A program made the position numbers and the translations under genes. The notes beneath the pieces are model-generated. The model had not been told where the DNA came from, did not search any database, and saw only the letters and a program-made list of their open reading frames with translations. From contig CAVQSP010000014.1 of the NCBI GenBank assembly GCA_963715985.1, forward strand, positions 64,001-128,000: a DNA stretch of 64,000 nucleotides. The letters run 5' to 3'. Source of the stretch: an uncultured Thermoleophilia bacterium (lineage in GTDB: Bacteria > Actinomycetota > Thermoleophilia > UBA2241). Each line of letters opens with the position of its first letter. Within the stretch, counting starts at the first letter, position 1. This document shows, one piece after another, positions 41,478 through 50,007 of this stretch.

Positions 41478-42932
41478 CTACGCAGTGACCTCGGTGTCGG
41501 TCCACACGGCGTCGCCGGCCACGAGGCCGGGGAACTCCGCGCGGATGCGCTCGTCCAGTTCGGCCTCCCACACGGCCGGGTTGGGCTGGGACAGGATGCC
41601 GCGGGCCACGGCGCGCGCGCGGCTCTGGGCGTCCGGCTTGCCGGCCGCCTCCCACTGCGCGCGCATGCCGCGGTCGGCGACCTTGGGGAAGAGCGCCGTG
41701 GTCTTCATCAGCGACTTGGTGTGGCGGCTCTTCATGTAGTCGCCGCCGGGGCCCACTTCGGCGATGACATCCAGGGCGAGGTTCTCCTCGCTGTAGTCCA
41801 GGCCGCGGACGACGCGCTTGTTCATCAGCGCGATCTCGTCGTCCACCACGGCCTTGCCGAAGTCGAAGGCCATGAGAGAGCTGAACAGGCCGCCCATGTT
41901 GAGCAGCGTCGCGCCGGCCAGCACCGAGGCCATCGTGTTCATGCCGGTCTCGTAGCCGGACTGGGCGTCGTTGCTGTGCGCGTTGGTGAGGCCGATGTAG
42001 CCACCCGTGGGCACGTGGTAGAAGTGCCCGAGCTGGGCCTGCGCCATGAAGAGGACGCCGCTCTCGATGGCGCCGGGCGCGTAGGCGCCGCTGCGCATAT
42101 CGGCGACGGTGGGCAGGCTGGCGTAGATCAGCGGCGTGCCCTCCTTGACCATCTGCTGGAACACGGAGATGGCGAGGAACTCGGCGTTGCCGACCACAAG
42201 GGTGCCCATGAGGGTCATCGGCGAGGTGAGGCCGGCGTTGGGCACCACGGTGGTGTACACCGGCAGGCCCTCGCCGGTGAGGTACATGACGGCCTCGGTG
42301 GAGTCCACGTCCATCGTGAGCGGGCTCACCATCGGGCAGTAGTGATGGTTGATGCAGGGGCGCTCGCGGTAGGCGTCCTTGCCGCCGGCGATGAGCTCGC
42401 CGAGCTTGAGGACCTGGTGCAGGTCGTCCATGTTGGGCGTGTTGCTGCGTACCGGCTTCAGGCAGTTCTTGAGAGCCGGGTAGAAGCGGCTCAGGCTGAA
42501 CTGCCCGACGGGGGCGTCGTCGGCCAGCGTGGAGATGGAGAAGATGTCGAAGCCCTTGAGCTCGTTGATGAGGTGGGCGATGTTGGCGATGTCGGTGGAC
42601 GTGGCGCGCCGTTCGACGCCGGTGACCGGGTCCACCACGTTGGGCGCGGAGCTGCCGGTGACGACCACGGGGCCGCCGTCGGGGATGGTGCGGTCGAACT
42701 GCGGGTCGCGGCCGCGGAACGTGAAGCGCGGCGGCACGGCCCGCATGTAGCGGTCGACGATCTCCGGCGAGAACTTGACGAGGCCCTCGTCCGATACGGT
42801 GCAGCCGTGGGCCTTGAAGACGTCGCGTGCCTTTGGGTGGTGCGCGAGAATGCCCACGTTCTCGAGCACCCAGAGCGACGCCTCGTGGACGCGTGCCACC
42901 TGCTCTGTGGTGAGCAACTCTGCGTACTTCAT
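41478..42932 (-). CDS. MttB/MtgB superfamily methyltransferase, non-pyrrolysine
   Basis: VHEASLWVLENVG, VSPL, AGLTSPMTLMGT, DMRSG, GLTNAHSNDAQSGYE (Leu at Pyl site), VGPGGDY. Confidence 0.9.
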   Translation of the reverse strand: MKYAELLTTEQVARVHEASLWVLENVGILAHHPKARDVFKAHGCTVSDEGLVKFSPEIVDRYMRAVPPRFTFRGRDPQFDRTIPDGGPVVVTGSSAPNVVDPVTGVERRATSTDIANIAHLINELKGFDIFSISTLADDAPVGQFSLSRFYPALKNCLKPVRSNTPNMDDLHQVLKLGELIAGGKDAYRERPCINHHYCPMVSPLTMDVDSTEAVMYLTGEGLPVYTTVVPNAGLTSPMTLMGTLVVGNAEFLAISVFQQMVKEGTPLIYASLPTVADMRSGAYAPGAIESGVLFMAQAQLGHFYHVPTGGYIGLTNAHSNDAQSGYETGMNTMASVLAGATLLNMGGLFSSLMAFDFGKAVVDDEIALMNKRVVRGLDYSEENLALDVIAEVGPGGDYMKSRHTKSLMKTTALFPKVADRGMRAQWEAAGKPDAQSRARAVARGILSQPNPAVWEAELDERIRAEFPGLVAGDAVWTDTEVTA

Positions 42933-43119
42933 GCGGACCCGGTCCTCCCTTGAGGGCGCCGGCGGGCGAGCGACCCACTCGCCAGAGTGCCGGCGGCTTG
43001 TGGCCGGCGCCCGGGGGTCCTGTGCGGACCTCTCCGGCTCACGCCGAGCCCCATCTCTGACGGCATATCGCGATCCGGCCTCGCACGGCCGGCTTGTGGT
43101 CCGTGTGAGCGGGTCACGG

Positions 43120-43902
43120 TCATGCGGAGACCACCCGCAGGCCGCGGCGCAGCATCTCGTCGCGCACGTCCTCGTCCACGTCGTCGACGACGACCGTCTG
43201 CACGTCGTCGAGGCCGCAGATGACGAAGTCGCCCACGGCGCCGAGCTTGCTGCGGTCGGCGAGCACGATGACCTCGCCGCGCGTCTGGCGGATCATGGCG
43301 CGCTCCACGCCGGCGAGGCCGATGCTCGCCGTGGTCACGCCCTCCTCGAGGCTGAGGCCGTCCGCTCCGAGGATGAACCGCGAGGCGTGGAAGCTGCCCA
43401 CGGCCTCGATGGCCATGGGCCCCTCGAGGGTGTTGCTGTGCGGCCGGAAGACGCCGCCGAGCAGGATGACCTCGAGCGCCGAGTCCTGCGCGGACGTGAG
43501 CGCGCCCACGTTGTGGGTGACGATGCGCGCGTGGACCTGCGTGTCGACGTGCGCGAGCACCTGGGTCGCGGTGGTGCCGGACCCCAGGAACACGGTCTCG
43601 CCGGGGAGGATCATGGCCGCGGCGGCGCGGGCGATGCGGTCCTTCTCGGCCGTGTGGGTGCGCACGTTGGTCACGTAGCGGGGCTCCTCCACGATGTGCT
43701 GCTTCAGGATAGCGCCGCCGTGGGTGCGCGAGAGGAGTCCGTCGTTTTCGAGCCGCTCGAGGTCGCGGCGGATGGTCATCTCCGAGACGCCGAGGACCTC
43801 GCTGAGGGACGAGACGCGCACGCCGCGTTGCTGGGCGAGGATCTCAAGGATCCGCCCCTGGCGCTCGGCGGGAAACATCTCGCGCGTGTCGGGCGCTGAC
43901 AC
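43120..43902 (-). CDS. DeoR/GlpR-family regulator (paralog 3)
   Basis: GVSEMTIRRDL, RTHGGA, EKDRIA, GSGTT, LADRSK; closely similar to 16047-16841. Confidence 0.92.
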   Translation of the reverse strand: MSAPDTREMFPAERQGRILEILAQQRGVRVSSLSEVLGVSEMTIRRDLERLENDGLLSRTHGGAILKQHIVEEPRYVTNVRTHTAEKDRIARAAAAMILPGETVFLGSGTTATQVLAHVDTQVHARIVTHNVGALTSAQDSALEVILLGGVFRPHSNTLEGPMAIEAVGSFHASRFILGADGLSLEEGVTTASIGLAGVERAMIRQTRGEVIVLADRSKLGAVGDFVICGLDDVQTVVVDDVDEDVRDEMLRRGLRVVSA

Positions 43903-43962
43903 CGCTCCCCCATGGCTGTGAAGTGTTGCCAGAATCGCTCAGATTCGAACGTAGTCTCTCGC

Positions 43963-43990
43963 ATCTTAGGCGCGCATGCACGAAAGTCAA
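43963..43990 (-). promoter_or_regulatory. Promoter TTGACT-16-TAAGAT
   Basis: atctta 43963-43968 and agtcaa 43985-43990 on + strand. Confidence 0.65.
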
Positions 43991-44055
43991 GCGTGAAGAA
44001 GTGTTCGAGTGTGTGTCCGGGTGGGAGAGCGCTTCCGCTCCGGACGGGGACGAGC

Positions 44056-44089
44056 GACGGGCGGCGGGCCTTTCGGCCCGCCGCCCGTC
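44056..44089. terminator. Hairpin terminator after cydB
   Basis: gacgggcggcgggcc-tttc-ggcccgccgcccgtc. Confidence 0.7.
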
Positions 44090-44171
44090 TCAGGAGGTCT
44101 GCTTGTGCTGCGGCGGCGGCCTGGTGAGTGGTGCACCTACGGCGCCCCACTCGTTGACCCGGCTGCGCCGG

Positions 44172-45191
44172 TCAATAGTCCGCGTCGGCCGCCTTTGTCT
44201 TGCCCCAGAACGTCTTGTACACGAGCGCCGTGTACACGAGCACGATGGGGCAGAAGATGAGCGCCACGATGAGCATCACCAGCAGCGTCAGGTGACCCGA
44301 CGAAGCGTTGGTCACCGTGAGGCTGGTCTCTGGCGGCGTGCCGCGCGCCGGCACCATGTCGGGGAAGTTGCCCACGGCGGCGATGCCGGCCAGCCCGATG
44401 ATGATGACGGCCGAGCCGAGGAACGACTTGAGCTCGCCGCCTTCCTTCATCATCTGCCAGGCCGTGTACAGCACGCCGAGGAGGAAGATGACGAGGAACA
44501 GCCAGCCGGCCGGCCGGCCGAACACGTTGTCCGACGCGCGCGAGACCCAGAGGATCGTCGCCAGGGACGTGGCCACGGCCAGCACGGCGCACACCACGAA
44601 GCTCAGGCGCCGCCACTTGAGGGCGCGCTCGTGCAGCTCGCCCTCCGACTTGACGGCCAGCCAGGCCGCGCCGTGCTGTGCGATGAGACACAGCCCGGTC
44701 ACGCCGACCAGTAGCGAGTACGGGTTCAGCAGCTCCCAGAAGGTGCCGATGTAGTTGCCCTGCGCGTCCATGGGCACGCCGCGGATGACGTTGCCGAGGG
44801 CGACGCCGACCAGGAGAGCAGGCACCAGGCTGCCGAGGAAGAAGGCGCCGTCCCACACTCTGGCCCAGCTCGAGTCGCGGTGGCGGAACTCGAGCGACAC
44901 CGCGCGCAGGATCAGGCCGAAGAGCACGAGCATGATGGCCAGGTAGAACCCACTGAAGGTCATGGCATAGATCATGGGGAAGGCGGCGAAGATGGCGCCG
45001 GCGCCGGTGATGAGCCACACCTCGTTGCCGTCCCAGATGGGGCCGATCGAAGCACGGATGACGGAGCGGTCGGCTTCGCTGCGCCCGAGGAAGGGGTACA
45101 GCACGCCGGCGCCCAGGTCGAAGCCGTCGAGGATCACGTAGCCGGTGAGCAGGAACGCGACGAGGAAGAACCAGATGTTGGCCAGGGTCAT
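44172..45191 (-). CDS. cydB: Cytochrome bd ubiquinol oxidase subunit II
   Basis: YVILDGFDLGAG, PIWDGNEVWLI, FAAFP, LILRAVSLEFR. Confidence 0.95.
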   Translation of the reverse strand: MTLANIWFFLVAFLLTGYVILDGFDLGAGVLYPFLGRSEADRSVIRASIGPIWDGNEVWLITGAGAIFAAFPMIYAMTFSGFYLAIMLVLFGLILRAVSLEFRHRDSSWARVWDGAFFLGSLVPALLVGVALGNVIRGVPMDAQGNYIGTFWELLNPYSLLVGVTGLCLIAQHGAAWLAVKSEGELHERALKWRRLSFVVCAVLAVATSLATILWVSRASDNVFGRPAGWLFLVIFLLGVLYTAWQMMKEGGELKSFLGSAVIIIGLAGIAAVGNFPDMVPARGTPPETSLTVTNASSGHLTLLVMLIVALIFCPIVLVYTALVYKTFWGKTKAADADY

Positions 45192-45195
45192 CTCG

Positions 45196-46569
45196 TCACC
45201 TCCCCGCACCGGCGGGAGCGGGCGCCACGCCCTTCTCCGCCTTGAGCATCTCGGCGACGTCCTCGGGACCCTTGCGGATGATGCCGACGAAGATCCGCAG
45301 CCAGGCGACGAAGAGCACCAGGTAGATCAGGCCGAAGAGGCCCAGCGTCGTCCAGATCTCACCCGTGGAGACGAGTGGCGAGACGGCGTCCGTGGTGCGC
45401 ATGAGACCCTGGACGACCCAGGGCTGGCGTCCGACCTCCGCCGCCATCCAGCCCATGTTGATGGCGAACTCAGCCAGCGGGATGCAGATGATCAACAGCC
45501 ACAGCAGCCAGCGCGCGTTCTCCAGCTTCTTGAAGATGTACATGAGCACGGAGACCAGGAAGACCAGCCCGAAGAAGATGCCCAGGGCGATCATGATGTG
45601 GTAGCTCTGGAAGACGGCCGGGATGGGTGGCCGGTCGGCGGCCGGCACTTCCGTGTAGCCCTGGACCGTAGCGTCGGGGTTGAGATGCAGGATCATGCTG
45701 AGGCCGTTGGGGATGCCGACGCCGTGCGTGTCGTAGGTGCCGTCGGCCTCTTTCGAGAGCCAGCCGAACAGCCACAGCGTGGCGCCGTCCTCGGTGTCGG
45801 TGACGTTCTCGAAGGCGGCCATCTTGACCGGCTGCTTCTCGGCCACCACCAGCGCGCCCCAGTGGCCGAGCAGAGGCATGGCGATGGAGATCACGAGACC
45901 CACGCCGAGCGCCCAGATGATGGTCTTCCGGGCGAAGTCAACGTGCTTCTTCTTGAGCAGGTAGTAGGCGCACACACCGGCGGCCACGAAGCAGCCCGTG
46001 ATGAGGGCCGCGGCGATGGTGTGGAAGTAGCGCGGCCCGATGGACGGGTTGAGCGCCGCTCCCCAGAAGCTCGTGAGGATGGCCTTGCCGTTCTCCACCT
46101 TGTAGCCGGCCGGCGTCTGCATCCAGGAGTTGGCGATGAGGATCCAGAGGGCGGAGAGGAGGGAGCCGATCCACACCAGCCACGCGGAGATGTAGTAGAA
46201 GCGCTTGGAGACCTTCCTGCGACCGAAGAGCAACACGCCGAGGAAGGTGGACTCGAGGAAGAAGGCGATGAGGCCTTCGGCCGCGAGCGGCGCTCCGAAG
46301 ATGTTGCCGACGAAGCGCGAGTAGTTGGCCCAGTTCGTGCCGAAGGCGAACTCCATGGTCAGGCCGGTGGCGACGCCGATGGCGAAGGTCGCCGTGAACA
46401 GCTTGATCCAGAAGTTCGAAGCTGCCTTGTCGGCGGGGATGCCGCTCTTGTAGTAGCGGCGCTCCGCGAGGACCACCATCATCCCGACCCCGATGCTGAT
46501 GGGCACGAAGATGAAGTGGTAGCCGACGGTGAACGCGAACTGGATGCGGGCGAGCATTACGGCATCCAT
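45196..46569 (-). CDS. cydA: Cytochrome bd ubiquinol oxidase subunit I (short Q-loop)
   Basis: RIQFAFTVGYHFIF, EFAFGTNW, AFFLES, ANSWMQTP, QPVKMAAFE, EVGRQPW. Confidence 0.96.
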   Translation of the reverse strand: MDAVMLARIQFAFTVGYHFIFVPISIGVGMMVVLAERRYYKSGIPADKAASNFWIKLFTATFAIGVATGLTMEFAFGTNWANYSRFVGNIFGAPLAAEGLIAFFLESTFLGVLLFGRRKVSKRFYYISAWLVWIGSLLSALWILIANSWMQTPAGYKVENGKAILTSFWGAALNPSIGPRYFHTIAAALITGCFVAAGVCAYYLLKKKHVDFARKTIIWALGVGLVISIAMPLLGHWGALVVAEKQPVKMAAFENVTDTEDGATLWLFGWLSKEADGTYDTHGVGIPNGLSMILHLNPDATVQGYTEVPAADRPPIPAVFQSYHIMIALGIFFGLVFLVSVLMYIFKKLENARWLLWLLIICIPLAEFAINMGWMAAEVGRQPWVVQGLMRTTDAVSPLVSTGEIWTTLGLFGLIYLVLFVAWLRIFVGIIRKGPEDVAEMLKAEKGVAPAPAGAGR

Positions 46570-46653
46570 GCCTCTCCGACACCTCCTTGATACGCGACCT
46601 CCCGCGGCGGGTCTCGATCCCCGTGCACTCGCCGCGGCACTGCGCGGCTATTT

Positions 46654-46679
46654 TCACTGTCTGGACAGTGAGATGTCAA
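46654..46679 (-). promoter_or_regulatory. cydAB promoter (-35 TTGACA) with 8-2-8 palindrome in the spacer
   Basis: tcactgtc-tg-gacagtga 46654-46671; tgtcaa 46674-46679. Confidence 0.6.
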
Positions 46680-46850
46680 CGACAATTCGTGCCGGGTGGC
46701 ACAAAGGACGCAAGCGCGACAGGTCGTATGGATGAATGAGAAGTATTAAGCGCAGGTTAAGCGGCCTTCTCAGGCTCGGGTGCCCTGTGCTACCATGCCC
46801 GAGGGCCGGCACCGAACGCCGGCCGTTCTGCTGCAGGGAGGCTGATTCGT

Positions 46851-47213
46851 TTGTCTGAACGTTTGTCTGAAGAATCGCTCGAATGTACTGAGTGCTCGGC
46901 GCAGTGCGAGAAGGTCGTCTATCCGGCGGCTTGTCTCAGCATGAACTGCCGCTTCCTCTACGCGTTCAAAGAAGACGGCGACACGTTCTTCGGCTGCATC
47001 GAGAAGGTGTTCCCGCATGAGATCGACCTCAAGATGTTCGAGGACATCGAGCGCGGCAAGGGCGGGTTCGGCGTGGTCAAGGTCGCGCGCACCCCGTTGC
47101 CGCAGTGCTCCGTGGCCGTGCAGAGCTGCTACGCCGCCGGCGAAGGGCCGCTGTGCCGCAACATGTACTTCCGCCGTCGCGACCGCAAAGAGGTCCAGAC
47201 GGTAGAGGATTGA
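46851..47213 (+). CDS. Small cysteine-rich hypothetical protein (9 Cys)
   Basis: GGAGG RBS, genome-typical codons, CTECSAQC and CLSMNC motifs. Confidence 0.7.
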   Translation: MSERLSEESLECTECSAQCEKVVYPAACLSMNCRFLYAFKEDGDTFFGCIEKVFPHEIDLKMFEDIERGKGGFGVVKVARTPLPQCSVAVQSCYAAGEGPLCRNMYFRRRDRKEVQTVED

Positions 47214-47215
47214 GC

Positions 47216-47332
47216 GGCGAAGCCGACTCAGCGTCGGGTGGTGCGTAGCGACACCCGACACTAGTCGCCGCAGGCGGGTCAACGTCGGGTGCGGCGTAGC
47301 GGCACTCGACACTGATCGGCGAAGCCGGTCAA
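47216..47332. repeat. About 2.3 copies of a ~52-nt REP-like multi-hairpin unit
   Basis: ggcgaagcc / gccgcaggc mini-hairpins alternating with gtcgggtg..gcgtagc..cacYcgac. Confidence 0.75.
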
Positions 47333-47347
47333 GATAGGTGATGTGCA

Positions 47348-47399
47348 GGCGAAACCGCGGCAGTGCCGCGGTTTCGCCGTCTCCGGGGGCTGGTATACT
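47348..47399 (+). promoter_or_regulatory. Terminator-like hairpin followed by extended -10 (TGgTATACT) of ssrA
   Basis: ggcgaaaccgcggca-g-tgccgcggtttcgcc 47348-47378; tggtatact 47391-47399. Confidence 0.65.
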
Positions 47400-47431
47400 C
47401 CGGAGTGCGGCCACCACCAGGCCGTCCAGTT

Positions 47432-47791
47432 GGGGGCGAACAGGTCTCGACATGGGCTGTACCGCGGTGGGAGCAGCAGGCCGAGGTCCGGTGGCCTCGT
47501 TAAACTGCCGGAACACACTACTTGCCGAGAATAACTCTCTCGCACTCGCTGCCTAATTAGTTAGGCAACGCATCGCGCCCGGCTCGCCCATGGCCGGGAT
47601 CCGCGGTGTCATCTAGTGGGCTGGGGTGCGGTCGCTCTGCTCCGGGCGAGCGCATCCGAGACTGATCGGGGCTGGCGACCGGCACCCCTGCCGACGCGGG
47701 GGCCGCGAGCGAGACTAATGCGACGGCTAAGCCTGTAGAGACTCCGCCGAGGCGTCCGTGGACGCGGGTTCGATTCCCGCCGCCTCCACCA
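47432..47791 (+). ncRNA. ssrA: tmRNA, tag peptide (A)ENNSLALAA
   Basis: 5' GGGGGCG pairs with CGCCUCC-ACCA including G3:U; T-arm GCGGGTTCGATTCCCGC; tag ORF 47524-47556 ends ALAA-TAA. Confidence 0.96.
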
Positions 47792-47838
47792 TCTTCTGCT
47801 CGTCTCCCGCGCCTGCGGGCGTGGACTATACTGCGGGC

Positions 47839-49065
47839 GTGGACCAGCCGGCCGACATCCTCTCTCCTCCGCCCGGCGGCGTGCAGGCGCCGGCGGGCGG
47901 GCAGGGCCGGCGCCTCCTCGACGCGGTGCCCGTCAGCATCGGTCTCGCCCTCATCTTCACCGTCTTCGGTCTCGTGGAGCTTCTCTCCCGCGGTCCCGCC
48001 CCGGCGGGCTACCGCGCCGACGGCGCCGCTCTCACCGCCCTCACCGTGGCCAGCGCCCTGTGCCTGGCGATCCTCTGGTGGTCGCCGCTCGCGGGGCTGT
48101 GCGCCGCCCTCGTACTCCTGTGCGCGCAGTCGATCGCGGGGTACGAGCTCACGCAGGCGGCGGTGTTTGCGGTGGTCGTGGCCTCGTTCGCCACGGTGAC
48201 CTTCGACACGCCGCGGCGAGCGGTGGCCGCGGGGTTCGTGGTGGCCGTCGGGATGATCGTGGTGATGGCCACCATCGGGCAGGTGACCTGGGAGGTGGTG
48301 GCAAGCACCTGGGTCGCGCTCTCCGTGGTCTGGGTGGTGGCCGTGGTGATCCGCGTGTATCGCGGCAGCGCCGAGCGCGCCGAGCGGCGGGCCGCGCTCT
48401 TCGCGGCCGACCGCGAGGCGCGCGCCCGCGAGGCGGTGTACGAGGAGCGTGCCCGCCTCGCGCGCGAGCTCCACGACAGCGTGGGGCACGCGCTCAACGT
48501 GGTGGTGCTGCACGCGGGCGCCGCCCAGCGCGTCATCGAGACCAAGCCCGAGCTCGCGCGCGAAGCCCTCTCGTCCATCGAGACCGCCAGCCGCCAGGCC
48601 CTGGGCGACATCGAGCGCATGCTCGGCATCCTCCGCGCCCCCGACGAGGAGACGCGCTACGACGTGGCCCCCGGAATGGGGCAGGTGGAGGCGCTGTGCG
48701 CCCAGGTCCGCGAGGCGGGACTGCCGGTCACCCTGTCCGTGGAAGGCGAGCCGCGACCGCTGCCGGCGAGCCTCGACCTCACCGCGTTCCGTATCATCCA
48801 GGAGGCGCTGACCAACACGCTCAAGCATGCCGGCAAGGCGCACGCATGGGTGAGCGTACGCTGGGAGCCTGCAGCGCTGGCGCTGGACGTGCTGGACGAC
48901 GGTCGCGGAGTAGCCCCCGGTGTCACCGGCGGCGGCCGCGGCCTGCTCGGCATGCGCGAACGGGTGGCCACCTTCAGAGGGGAGTTGGAAGCGGGTCCGC
49001 GCGCCGAGGGCGGCTTCGCCGTGCACGCGCGCCTCCCGTTGGCCGGCGCCGACGGGACATGGTGA
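47839..49065 (+). CDS. Sensor histidine kinase (HisKA_3), probably leaderless
   Basis: ERARLARELHDSVGH, RIIQEALTNTLKHA, DDGRG, GLLGMRER; TATACT 6 nt before GTG. Confidence 0.92.
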   Translation: MDQPADILSPPPGGVQAPAGGQGRRLLDAVPVSIGLALIFTVFGLVELLSRGPAPAGYRADGAALTALTVASALCLAILWWSPLAGLCAALVLLCAQSIAGYELTQAAVFAVVVASFATVTFDTPRRAVAAGFVVAVGMIVVMATIGQVTWEVVASTWVALSVVWVVAVVIRVYRGSAERAERRAALFAADREARAREAVYEERARLARELHDSVGHALNVVVLHAGAAQRVIETKPELAREALSSIETASRQALGDIERMLGILRAPDEETRYDVAPGMGQVEALCAQVREAGLPVTLSVEGEPRPLPASLDLTAFRIIQEALTNTLKHAGKAHAWVSVRWEPAALALDVLDDGRGVAPGVTGGGRGLLGMRERVATFRGELEAGPRAEGGFAVHARLPLAGADGTW

Positions 49066-49156
49066 GGGACGGAGCAGCAGCGCTTCGCGCCGGCCGATCG
49101 GGATCGACCGAGGTGGGGGGCACGGCGTCGCGCCTCCCAGGGGAAACGGAGGGGAC

Positions 49157-49840
49157 ATGAGCATCACCGTGGTGCTTGCCGACGACGAGCAGATGGTGCG
49201 CTCGGGGCTGCGCCTGATCCTCGAGGGCGAGGACGACATCGAGGTCGTGGCAGAGGCCGGGGACGGCGCCGAGGCGGTGGAGCTGGCGCGGCGTCTGGAC
49301 CCCGACGTCGTGCTCATGGACGTGCAGATGCCGAAGATGAACGGCATCGAGGCCACGCGCGCGATCACCGCCCTGGGCCGCGACGAGAGCTCGCGCGTGC
49401 TCATCCTCACGACGTTCGACCTCGACGAGTACGTGTACGAAGGGTTCAAGGCCGGGGCCAGCGGCTTTCTGCTGAAGCGCACACCCGCCGCCGACCTGGT
49501 GGCCGGCATCCGCGTGGTGGCGGCGGGCGACGGCATGATCGCACCGTCGGTGACCACGCGGCTCATCGCCACCTTCCGCGCCAAGGACGGCCGCGCCGGC
49601 GTGCTGCGGGACCCGGCGCTGCTCGACGACCTCACTGAGCGCGAGCGTGAGGTGCTCGTGCTCGTGGCCCGCGGCATGACGAACGGCGATATCGCCGGGC
49701 ACCTGTTCCTCAGCGAGGGGACGGTCAAGACGCATGTGAAGCGCATCTTCGCCAAGCTCGGCCTCCACGACCGCACGCAGGCCGTGATCATCGCTTACGA
49801 GGTCGGGCTCGTGCGCCCGGGCGAGGACCCGCTCGAGTAA
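49157..49840 (+). CDS. NarL/LuxR-family response regulator
   Basis: LADD, LMDVQMP, LTTFD, GFLLK, LTEREREVL, TVKTHV. Confidence 0.95.
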   Translation: MSITVVLADDEQMVRSGLRLILEGEDDIEVVAEAGDGAEAVELARRLDPDVVLMDVQMPKMNGIEATRAITALGRDESSRVLILTTFDLDEYVYEGFKAGASGFLLKRTPAADLVAGIRVVAAGDGMIAPSVTTRLIATFRAKDGRAGVLRDPALLDDLTEREREVLVLVARGMTNGDIAGHLFLSEGTVKTHVKRIFAKLGLHDRTQAVIIAYEVGLVRPGEDPLE

Positions 49841-49864
49841 GGCGCGCTCTCCGGGCGCGACGAC

Positions 49865-49886
49865 GCGTACCCCGCTGGGGGTACGC
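49865..49886. promoter_or_regulatory. NarL-type 7-2-7 inverted repeat upstream of membrane/ABC operon
   Basis: gcg-taccccg-ct-gggggta-cgc. Confidence 0.55.
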
Positions 49887-50007
49887 AGGCCGCGCCGCGA
49901 ATCCCTCCGCCGGCGACGGCAGGTTCCCGCTCTGGGGTGACGACCCGCCGCCTCCTCGTCGCTACGCTTGTCTCGCAAGCTGAACGATGATCCGTGGAGG
50001 TGCGCTC

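Noticed and set aside
47760-49065. Element integrated at the ssrA 3' end
   Set aside because: No integrase and no duplicate of the ssrA 3' end in the window
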